DNA of 57,146 nucleotides, filler included, from Basidioascus undulatus (lineage: Eukaryota): the NCBI GenBank assembly GCA_000826855.1. It is 4 parts of 4 records of this genome, joined end to end, with 100 filler letters (N's around TTAATTAATTAA, not from the genome) between each part and the next. Parts side by side here need not be neighbours in the genome. Positions count along the whole stretch, not along the records: positions 42,947 to 57,146 come from JTLS01000752.1; 3 more parts are not named here. The stretch is one strand, 5' to 3'. The notes beneath the pieces are model-generated. The model worked only from the letters and a program-made list of their open reading frames with translations, was not told where the DNA came from and did no database searches. Position numbers and translations under genes: made by a program. Shown piece by piece: positions 46,695-57,146 of the stretch (position 1 is its first letter; every line of letters begins with the position of its first letter).

Positions 46695-48452
46695 ATGAAA
46701 TTCGTAACTCTGCTGCTCACAGGAGCTGTGGCCTCCGCTGCGCCTTTGGAGGCTTTCCACAGTACGTGCGCCCGCACTGTTTCCGAACTCGAGCCAGCTG
46801 ACGCCTAACAAGCTTTCTCCAGATTACATTCGCGGCATTGGTAAGAGAGAGGCAGAAGCCGCATACCTGAGTGCAGCAAGCATAACCCCGCCAATCTTCC
46901 GGCGCACGACTGCCTGCACGACCCTACCCGCGCACTCGATATAGCCATCATCGGTGCGCCTAGCGACCTCGCAGTAAGCCAACCATCCCCCATCCGTCCT
47001 AACGCCCTCGACTAAACTTCCCCTGAAGGTCTCCAATCGCGCCGGCACGCGCTTCGGCCCCTTGGGAATCCGGCGGGGCAGCACGTTCCGCGTTGGGCCT
47101 GGATGGGGATACAGCATCCAGTGGGGCTTCAACCCCTTCGAGCAGGGCTTGGAAGTGGTTGACTGTGGAGATGTATGTGGAGCTTTCGGAGTGATGAGAG
47201 TGGGTTGAGAGGCTGATTATAATTGGGGCGAGGAAGATTCCGCTCGAACCGAGGGCAGCACCGCAGAAGGGCATCGCCCTGATCGAGCATGCCATCGAGG
47301 CACTTTCGGGGAGGGAGACGGTCAACTCTAGCTGGACTGTCCCACGGATCATTACTCTGGGCGGGGAACACACCATCGTGAATATCATCCCAGGCTCGAA
47401 CACCTCTTCGCGGTTGCCGCTCACAGGTGCCTTCGCAGACATTGCCTATTCTGCGGGCTCTCGCAAAAATTCTTGGGCCTGTCTCCCTTGTTGTAGGTAA
47501 TTCCTAGCTCTTGTGCTGGATATGTATACTGAAATCCGGACGACAACGCAGCAATTCGACGCCCATACCGACACCTGGGGACCGGGAGGGAAATTCGAGG
47601 ACGCGCCCGAGGACCCGGCTGAGGTATACCCGTGGCATGGGAACCGTTCTGGTGAGCGCCCCAGCTGGACTATGCAAACGAGCACATCCCATAGAGACCT
47701 AGCTGCCACCCTCGGCAGGATTGCGTCCAAGCAAGGGCTCCTCGCGAACAACTCCATCCACGTCGGCATTCGCACCCTCTTTAGCGTGTGTTTCCCCTTC
47801 CTTGCCCTCTCTTCACCCCAGCTAACTTTATCCCCGTCCTCAGGGCCCCCACGACCTGGCCGTCGAGGCAGAGTGCGGTTTCGCGATCTACACATCCGAA
47901 GGCGTCGAGCAGCTCGCGGATCGTCGAGATCATCCGCGAGCGCGTCGGCAACTCGCCGGTCTACTTGAGCTTCGATATCGATAGTATCGACCCGATGGCA
48001 GCGCCCGCTAGTGAGTGGGATGAGAGGGTAGTGGAAGAATGGGCTTGCTGACCGGGTGGGTGGCACTTGCGGCTGGGACGCCGGAAGCAGGCGGGCTGAC
48101 GCCGAGAGGCTAAGATCATGCTTCGGTTCGTGGTCGTAGTTTCAAGTCAAGCTTTCCTTCTCTGAACTCTCTCACACAGGGGTCTGGCGGGCCTCAACAT
48201 TGTCGGTGCCGACCTGGTCGAAGTGTCCCCGCCATTCGACACGCAAGGCAAATAGACCAACACTCTGCATGTTCCCCGCCCGCCACACTCGCTCATGTCT
48301 GACATCTCGCACATTGTTACACAGCCGAGATCACTCAGCTTCTGGCAGCCGACCTCGTATACCATGAGATTGCGCTGCTGACACAGGCTCCGCGAGCGGT
48401 TAAGGCTGCCGGGCCTGAGCATGGTGGACTGCACATTCAGGGGGAGCTTTAA
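46695..48452 (+). pseudogene. Agmatinase/ureohydrolase (arginase family) with signal peptide, disrupted
   Basis: DIAIIGAP, GTRFGPLGIR, VVDCGD, ITLGGEHTI, FDAHTDTW, HVGIR, VYLSFDIDSIDP, GTPEAGGLT, VGADLVEVSPPFD. Frameshift at ~47916-47919, no AG acceptor near 48070, and GGDH changed to GGEH. Confidence 0.8.
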
Positions 48453-49277
48453 GGGTTGACAGTAGCTTCGCTTTGCGACCATAAAATTACCCCCGAATCT
48501 CTTATAGAGATCATCTTGTCATCGACCGCCAGTCTTGACAGGGAGAAAAAACCTCAAAGCTGTACAGCGTGGGCACACGCTAGAAAACGAGAATCTGGAT
48601 CTTTCAGCTGAGAGGAAGCCTAAGCGCCACATCTCTGAGAAGAGTGTAGAAGATGTTTGAGCGTGGTTTTTACAAAAACGATCGACTTTCTTTCACGCAG
48701 TGTGCGGTGCGCACAAGGCGCTCAGCGGCAAGAAGTTCTTGGCGCTGTTCAGATGAGGGCAAGCGTAACCCTGGCTCCTAGAGTAAAAATGCGAGTTATT
48801 CCTTAAGTGTATAACCAGGTACAAAAACTCTGGCTGTTAGACGGAAAGGAGAAGAATCTGATGCAGGCAGAAGTATACATTGGCCGCCTGGGCCTGCCAT
48901 GCACGGCCATCACGGCCCTCAACATGTCTGAAAGGTCATGAGATATTCTCAAGCACCTACGAATGCCTCACTTCTGGCGAGGCGATCATGTCGACGCCGG
49001 ACCGTCCGAACCGCTTCCACAAGTTCGCATCGCGGCGAAAGCTGTCCTGCGAGCGCGTGACCAGTTGTAGCATGCGGTGCAATACTGGCTATCACAGTCG
49101 CCGCGTTCCATTCGCCTTGATGAAGCGCCGAAGATACGGCAACACGGCAAGCCCCTATTTGGGAACTGCCCGGTTGCATGCATCACGAGACTGTGCCTGC
49201 AGCAGTTTTAACGAAAGCTGGTTGTGGACCCTTGTCTGATCGCCTTCCAGCGACGACAGCTAGTTTCCACTATCACC

Positions 49278-52200
49278 ATGGCCAACAGAAGCCTTACCAG
49301 CAGGATCACGAGCAACCCGTACATCGTCGGTAAGAAATCTAGATTCCGTGGTGGGAAGCAACACAGGACTAACCCACCCTTGGTACACAAACAGGGTCCT
49401 TCGCATGTATCGGAGGCGGGCTGTATGTTCTTTCACCCCGCATCTTGATTTTACAATGGCACATCCATCTAAAAACATTCTCCAGGTTCGGATTGGACAT
49501 CTCGTCCATGTCCTCCATGCCGTAAGCCGGTCTCAAAGTCTCTGCACCTGGAGTCGTTGCTGAAGGTGGTCCTCGTCAGAAACAACCCGGACTTCAACCG
49601 TGAGGCACAGGGCTGTTTCGAAGTGTAATTATCCTGAATGATAGCCTGAGGAGCTCTTGACAGGATACTTCGGCTATCCGAGCAGCGACCTTCTCGGAGT
49701 GAGTTATCGTCTGGCTTGAGTGCCTGCAACTGAGGTGGCTTACAAAGCGGACCAGGGAATCACGGCGTCGATGCCTGCCGGATCTTTTGCAGGGGCCTTG
49801 GTATGATCGCCTGGAATCATCACGGCAGAATACCACCGGCCAACGCTCACGCATGGTGGTGCATTCAGCTGGTGGGCAAGCTCGCCGACTGGATCGGTCG
49901 CCGAGGAACAATCATTGCCAGCGGCCTGATCTGGTCTGTAGGTTCCGTCGGTTCCATTCATACAGGAATATATAGCTTAGATACTTGCAACAGTTCGGCT
50001 GCGTCTTGCAGAGCGCTGCCCAGAACGTTCCAATGCTGGTTGCCGGGCGTGTCATCGCCGGTCTCGCAGTTGGTCTAGCTTCAACAACTGTCCCTCTGTA
50101 TCAGTCTGAGGTTTGTAGAAATGTTTTGGAAAATGGTTTTTAAATTCACTGGCACTGTCCGGGGCGTACAGATCACAGCCCCGCACATTCGCGGCCGCAT
50201 GGTCTCCCTCCAGCAATGTGAGTGTGACTGCTCTGAAGGTGAAGTTCTTCTGACACAACCTTCTGTTTCAGGGAGTATTACTTGGGGAATTCTCATTCAG
50301 TATTTTATCCAGTTTGGTATGTATTGACGTGTCAGAGACGCAGCGTTGTTCCTCACATGCGTTTGCCGCAGGATGCTCCTACGTCGACGGCGTTGGCTCG
50401 TTCCGCATTCGTGAGGTCTTCTAAACCATAGTACTGTACTCTGTTCTCAGATTCACCCGCAGCGTGGGGGTTGCAACTCATCCCGGGACTGGTACTGAGC
50501 GCCGGAATGATCGTGTTCCCCGAGTCGTGAGTCTCCCACTGCCAGCACTACACTTGCGATACATTGTACTAAACTCTGATAACTTTTCCATCCACCGACA
50601 GCCCGCGATGGCTCATGGACCAGTAATTTTTATATTATACCACCTATGGACATAGCAGCAGAGCCTGACCCCAAATTCTAGCAATCGCGAGGAGGAAGCG
50701 CTTCAGATTCTTTCCGATGTCCATGGCGGTGGAGACAAGAGCGCTCCGCTTGTTCAACTTGAGTACAACGAGATCAAGCAGCAGATCGACTTTGACGTGG
50801 GTCCCTCAGTCCTACTAAAATATAGGCAGATGCTGAAGTCGACACGCTTATGTGAGAACAGCGCACTCAAGCCGCTAGGTCCTACCTGGATCTTGTGAAG
50901 CCGGGCGTATTCCGCCGCGTCTTTTTGGGCATGGTGAGTCCAATGCCTCTCTTTAGTGCTGTATGAAACACTAACACTGTTGACGGTCAGGCGTTGCAAA
51001 TGTGGTCTCAGCTGACAGGTGCGTTGCGGTGCGTTATGGAGATGTGCATGCACATTGACCGTTAACGTTGTCCCCAATAGGCATGAATGTGAGTTTTGGT
51101 AGTTTCCTTTGGCAAGTATGTGATCTGACGCTCCATAACCTACAGGTCATGATGTACTGTAAGTGAGCTTGCGGGCTTTGAGCGATCGTGCTCACTCAAC
51201 AGCGGCTGTGTAGATATCACTTTGGTCTTCGAGTCCGCTGGAAGTGAGTAACCAAGTTATTTTTGCCCATACCTGACCGGTCTGATGTTTTGCTTTGCTT
51301 GGCGTCAGTCACTGGGCGTCGTGGCACTCTCATCGCGTCTTCTGTCCAATACGTTCTCAACATGGTGTAAGACTGTCCAGCCTCGGGTGCTTAATATTCC
51401 TCCTAACACTCCAGCTACAGATTTACCATCCCCACAATTATATACATTGACAAGTAGGGGCCTTCCTTGCCTCTGATGCTGAGCGTTCAATGAAGTGTTC
51501 AACCCCTTGTTCAGGTGGGGCCGCCGTCCGTTGCTCCTCATTGGCAGTTCATTCATGGCGAGTCATATCATCGGATTAAACCGTATATTTGACACAATGC
51601 TAAGCGGTATTCTCGAAATGCAGTGCTTCTGGTAAGGCTATTTGATGATATTTGATTGGATTCTCCTTTGACGATGCTCGCCTAATGCTGTACACGGCAT
51701 GCAGGCTGTTCCTTGTTGGAGGACTTCAAAAGGGCTTCGGGGACACATATGAAGTCGACAATGGCAACGGTGGAACGGAAGAGAAGTTCCTCATCCGCGG
51801 TCAGCTGCCTTCATGAAAGCTTCGGCTAGAAGCCCTCGCTGAACAGAATTGATCCCAGGGCACGACTCTATCACCAAGGTGAGAACATGCTTATTCGTTC
51901 GTGATGAAACGTAAGTCCTTACAGCTGCTTTGTAGGGGGTGATTGTCTGCTCCTACTTCTTTGTTATCAGTGCGTACCTGATTCCTCCTTACCCACTATT
52001 AGTCTGAGAGGACTGAAGCTGACCTCTCACTTGCTTTTCCAGGCTGTGAGAGATCCGCACAACGTCTATTTGGAAGGTTTACTGATTTAACACGATAGTT
52101 GCTTTAACCTGGGGACCCGTTTCCTGGACCTACCCGGTATGCAAGGGGCAGAAAACGATGATTGAGTTGCTGATACCTGGTGCCCCTCTCCCAGTCCGAA

Positions 52201-52883
52201 ATCTTCGACCAACGAACAAGGGCCAAGGCCGTTTCGCTGAGTAGTAAGCTTGAAGAGTTACGAGATCGGACCGGTCACGGCTAACTTTGATCTTACTACA
52301 GCCGCGACGAACTGGGCGTTCAAGTGCGTGAGGCCAGACGACAGTCCAAATCTGCAAATCTGCGGAACCCCATGGCTTATACCTTCACAGCTTCGCACTC
52401 GCTTACGCCGTGCCTCCTGCTCTCGAGAACATCAACGCTGGAACTTACATGGTGCAGTTTGGGTCGACGTATACTCCATGCTAGTCGGAAGGCTGATCAT
52501 CTGCATCGCGATATCACTCGCGCAGATCTTTGGCGGGTTCTGCTTCGCCATGACCATCCACGTCTTCTTCATGTATCCCGAAACGAAGTCTGTCGTTCCC
52601 TGAATTCTTCAAGGATACCGTTATAGCTACTAACGCTGACATCTAATTGTCTCAGGGGCCGCACTCTCGAAGAAATGGAAGAGCTCTGGAACAGGTAATT
52701 GGGGACCTAAGCGCTTCAAACAGCGTAAAGACAGACATGTGGCTGATCGAGTGGACTGTTTGCAGTGGACACGTTTTCAACGCTTGGAAGCTCAAGCCCC
52801 ACGTCGGCAAGAAGACCCTTGAGGAGGTCGTCGGCCACGAGAAAGCCGTGGCCATTCACGAAGAGGACGACCGCAAGGTCTGA
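49278..52883 (+). CDS. MFS sugar porter, HGT1-like high-affinity glucose transporter (about 34 exons)
   Basis: [121 protein letters not shown]. Confidence 0.93.
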
Positions 52884-53135
52884 GTGCCCAGCGCACCACT
52901 TAGCGTCACAAAACTATGCCATCTTCCTTTGGTTCTGAGTGTCCCTACTCCCGTAGTTACTGGTCTTCTTAGGTTGTGAAGTACATGTTTGCTGTGCCAT
53001 AATTGGGCCTTGACGATGAAAACCTGTTTTGCACTCCCGTAGTGTCTCTTAGCTTGCGGTACGCCTAGAGTTCGTTGCGGTAAGAGTAGTCAGGACAAAT
53101 TTTCGCTTTGTCCGCCGCTGATCCACATCTCCATC

Positions 53136-54548
53136 ATGTCGTCCTCCACCAGCTGCGGTTTACTCATCCCTACGAGCTCGTCAAAATGTGCTACGAAAAT
53201 CTCGAAGTTTCTGATCTCTACTCGCTCGCACTCACTTGCCATGCGCTGCACGACTTGTCGCTGCCCGCGCTCTACTCAACCGTGCTCATCGATCTGTCGG
53301 CATACGCGCCGGCTTTCCCACCTACTTTCGACCGCCACGTCCGCAATCTCACCCTAGTCTCGGGCCATTACGGGTTCCGCGGAGGGGATGTTCACTCGCA
53401 TGTATACCCCCAGTATTACACTCTGACGCCACCCGAGGTGGCAGACCAGATTGAGCAGCTTGTGACGGGCCTCAAGCTGCTCGAACGTCTTTCAACGAGC
53501 GATCACCTCCTCAGCCTTACGGTCTACGAAAGCTTCCTTCATGCCGAGGAAAGAGCACTATCGCGCGTATGATCGTCGCTGTGTCGCAGCTTACTGGCCT
53601 GACCCGCCTGGTCCTCGTTCTCGGCTTGCCGGAAGAGCAATGGAACGGCACCTTACTTGGAGCTTCGACTATTGGAAAGACCGATTTTGAGCCGCTTCGT
53701 AATCTCGAGTCGCTAGATGTCGAAGGGTGCCTTTGGGTCAATTCGCGCTTTGTTACAGACTTTGTAGAGGACTCCATAGTCGCATCCAGGAGCACCCTGC
53801 GCTCCTTGCGCCTCAACTTCGACCCTTGGGCTGCCACCGATTTCACGAATCCAAACTTCGAGGAGAGTGCCTCTACCCCGTCGACGCGCTTGGAAGTGCT
53901 TGCGCATGTTACGCATGAGCTCATCTCACTGTTCACTCATGATGACCCTCGCGCGTTCTGGTCATTTCTTGGCGCACATCCCAGCATTGTTTCCCTCCGT
54001 GTCACGACACAGCTCGGCGAATGGTTCTTTAGGTACTTCAGGGACCTTCCCTCCTCCGCCCTTCCAAATCTTCGTCCTCTCGCTTGCGATGTCCCCGAAG
54101 CAGCCGACTTTCTGCGCTCCGCAACCGAAAGCTCATTGGCTGAGCTCGACCATGTTGAGCCAGAGGACGGCGGACCCCGAAGCACCGACACTGTGGAGAC
54201 GGTAGTTCGGCTCATGCAAGAGCGTCAGCTCCCCCTCAAAGTCCTCCGAGTCGAGCATTACGAGGATGGGATGAGTCTGCAGGAGGGCTTATTTTCGCTC
54301 GTGCCGTGCTTGCACGACTCGCTGGAGGTGTTTAGATACGTGGGAGGTGCACAAGTAAGCTTCAGCCGCCCCACCCCCTTTTCGGTTACTGTTGACGTCG
54401 TTCCCCGCTTCAGGGTGCATCCATAGCAGCGATATTCTCTCCGTTCGCACGCCTTCCCTCGCTGGAGCTAAATAGCCTGAACGATACGGACGAGCTTCGC
54501 AATGCGCTCGCTCAGTCGCCTCCGCCCCTGAGCATCGTCAGATATTAG
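53136..54548 (+). pseudogene. F-box/LRR-like protein, frameshifted
   Basis: PYELVKMCYENLEVSDLYSLALTCHALHDLSLPALYSTV is F-box-like, followed by LRR-like units. The ATG is out of frame with the F-box (~53165) and there is a second frame change at ~53550-53570. Confidence 0.6.
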
Positions 54549-57146
54549 GTTTTAGTGATATGGGGTAGTGGTGTGCGTGTGTGTGTAGGACGGCGAAAGC
54601 CCAGAAACCGAGCCTGGCCCGATGTGAGTGGGTAAGCGGGCACGTATCATGACTTTCTGATTAGAAATGCGAGCTGAGGCGTGCTGGACGCTGTTCTGCG
54701 AGTAGGTTAGCCTTGGACCTGCACTCAGGTTTCAGGGGAACCAAGATCGTGAACCTCAGCCTGAAAAGAAGGGATCATAGAGCTGAACGTAGTGTGTGGA
54801 TCACACGGACAGCTTTGGAGGCCTCTGTCGCCGACGTCTGCTCTGGGATGGCGTCTGACTCTGCGAAGGTATGTTGATATCCCAGTACTGTACAAAACCT
54901 TCCGTGAACTCGTGAGGCTTAAACTGTTCGAAGGATAAAATGCGGCCTACATGCAGTTGGAAAAACGCAAGCAGTAGTGTGGCTGCTTGGTTACGGCATC
55001 CTCACATTTGGAACTTCGCCGAAGGGCAGGCTAGTGCGTCGCATTTTAGAAAGTATCCCACACAGTTCATGCCGACGGTATGTGCCATCGGATCCAAAGC
55101 ACCACATCACTTCCTTAGTCCCATTGAGAAGCATGCATCCCCAGGAGCATCAATTTGAGGCAAACGAAAGACATTCCCTTTCATTACCAGATGTTTATCA
55201 ATGAACGGGAGCTATCACTTTTACATTGCGATGCAACAAATTCCCACAAACGAAAGCGTAGGAAAACTGTTTGATTCGAAAGAAATGGTCACGCCTTTGG
55301 TTGCGAACTGCGAAAGGGGACAGGATCGGCTTGGCCCAACAAAGTTATGAGCTTCACATTAAAAAATACGGTCCAACGTGATTTAGTCTCATCTTCTGGA
55401 CCCTGAAAAAGGCCTGCGAAAGATGCGGGAAGGAGTAACGGACGACCTCCGCAGTACTCGATGAAAACCCTCTGCCGCTAGGAGGTCGGTGTGGCATTCC
55501 AGACTTCTGTATACAAAAGAATTTAAAGAAGGAAGGCTACATTGGGCGAAGAACGTTCCCATCGGCGACGCTATCCCTGCGCTGCAGTCGCTCAGGCTGT
55601 CTGGACCGTATATCTACACTTTAAGCCATTTGAGTTCGGTGAATAGGCCAAGCAGTGTAAGTATGTCCCAGATCCGGTCTCGGAACGACAAGGACAAGCC
55701 AGGGAGAGTACGAGCATTGTTGGCAGCGAGCGCGGCGATGCCTGCGTAGTCGTCCTAGATTGACGACCGTATGACGATCTGGGGATTATAAGACATGCGA
55801 GGTGAGGCTCAAGTCAGGCTCGCCGTCGAGGAGGTCGGCCTAGAGAATCCAGATGTGGCGAGCAGGGTGAAGTCCTGCGAGGTCGCATGCGACGAGAAAG
55901 CGATCGAAGGCACCAAGATCACCGCCAAGCAGAATGTCAGTTTCGCAGTAGGGATGGGGCTCGGATAATGTCTAAACATCATTAGCGACAGTTCAGAACC
56001 CCGACAGTCCATGATGTGTAGAGCGACTCACTTTCCAAGCCCTGTAGACCAATGCAAGCGTACTACGTTCCGTCCTGCCGTCACCATGATTAACGTCGCC
56101 CTCGGTAACAAAGTCGAAGACCCCGGGACCACGTCTCGTGTGGGAGCAGGGGGAGAGTCATGGCTTTAAAGTGGGGGAGTGAAGTAGAGCGAAAAGGTGT
56201 TATGGGCGTCCGCGTGCTGGGTGCTCGAGTTGGTGAGAATGTGGCGGAAGCTGGACAACTGGACAACCTCGGCGTTGTGAACGTGAGATTTCAGCATTTC
56301 CAGACCGCAGACCAATGCTTGAATCAGCATTACTCGCGGTAGAGCAAAATGCCATTCCGCTTGGGCACTCTTGTGTCGCACGACCACCTTATCTCAATGC
56401 GAGACTGGGCCAACATCATGTCGGTTCTTATTTCAAGGGTTGCGGTTTTTCTGAAGATGTAATTATATGAAGCTGGCCATAGCCTGAGGGGCCGCATCCC
56501 GCGATGCCTACCTGCGGCATGGCAGAAGGGACCTCCCCCGCCTGGAGATTAGCGCGCGGTGTCTAGACAACTTCAAGAGCCGAAATGATGGGTTTATCCA
56601 AAACGAGCGAAGTGAATAAAGCAGCTGGTAGACTCACACGGCTTTCTGAGCCAGCCAAATGCCAAGCCTCCGAACACCGTCTTATCCCCACATAGTCTAG
56701 CTTTCGTTCGCTGGTGCGAAGCTTTTTTCCCTTGTGGTTGTGGTGCTGGCCCAGCCCTTTGTCGCTCTTGTACTCTACCCCTCCTGTAGCCCACTAGCGG
56801 CGTCGCATGCAGAGCTCTTAACCCCTAAACCTTACCTACTAAACTTTTACCGCGCTGCACGCGAAGCATTACAAAAGTCCGTGTGACTAGCAAATGCCGT
56901 CGATCGCGTCCCATCTCAAGGCGCGAAACGTCTGTACAGATCCGGATTCAGGTCCACACACACACACTCTAAAACCCTCGCAATCTATCTTTGTCCTCAA
57001 TTGTTCCTTTTCTCCTGTCGTTCTGCTAGAGTTCAAGTTCCCGGGTCTGTTCCCTTTCCCGTTATGACTAAACGTCAGTATCCCGCGCACATTGAACATG
57101 CATGCTAGATCTGCTAGAGCACTCTATGAGCATAATGCTGTCTTCC

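Noticed and set aside
19857..48452. Apparent polyamine/methionine-salvage/purine cluster (MDE1, AMD1, agmatinase)
   Set aside because: The agmatinase is on a different, unlinked contig; MDE1-AMD1 adjacency alone is weak evidence
54600..57146. Scattered short ORFs and a telomere-like TAACCCCTAAACC near 56820
   Set aside because: No coherent gene model; the motif is a single imperfect copy, not an array

Overview
Eukaryotic, intron-dense fungal DNA; splice signals and gene content suggest a basidiomycete, possibly Pucciniomycotina (inference). The window is not one locus. Three artificial 100-nt spacers (N44-TTAATTAATTAA-N44) join four contigs of 14226, 14216, 14204 and 14200 nt, i.e. sorted by length. 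Contig 1 (1-14226) looks accessory: an F-box-like gene, a secreted Kex2-processed precursor of three 33-aa amphipathic peptides, a decayed GIT1-like MFS permease, a small secreted 6-Cys protein with an adjacent gene fragment differing at 12 codons that are all non-synonymous, and a 5'-truncated MED25-ACID-like/poly-Q gene. Contig 2 carries SPT5, RPL31 (GC-AG first intron, candidate poison exon), MDE1 and AMD1. Contig 3 carries IML2/TTC39-like, GT90, DUF1746, SCM3, RPP1 and an arylamine N-acetyltransferase fragment. Contig 4 carries a GT41/OGT-like N-terminus, a degenerate tRNA-Pro, an agmatinase pseudogene, a roughly 34-exon sugar porter with a 3-nt micro-exon, and an F-box pseudogene. The best novelty candidates are the peptide precursor (3956-4713), the diversifying secreted protein pair (8408-9471), the MED25-like domain and the RPL31 poison exon. 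All gene models were spliced by eye and need RNA-seq confirmation.
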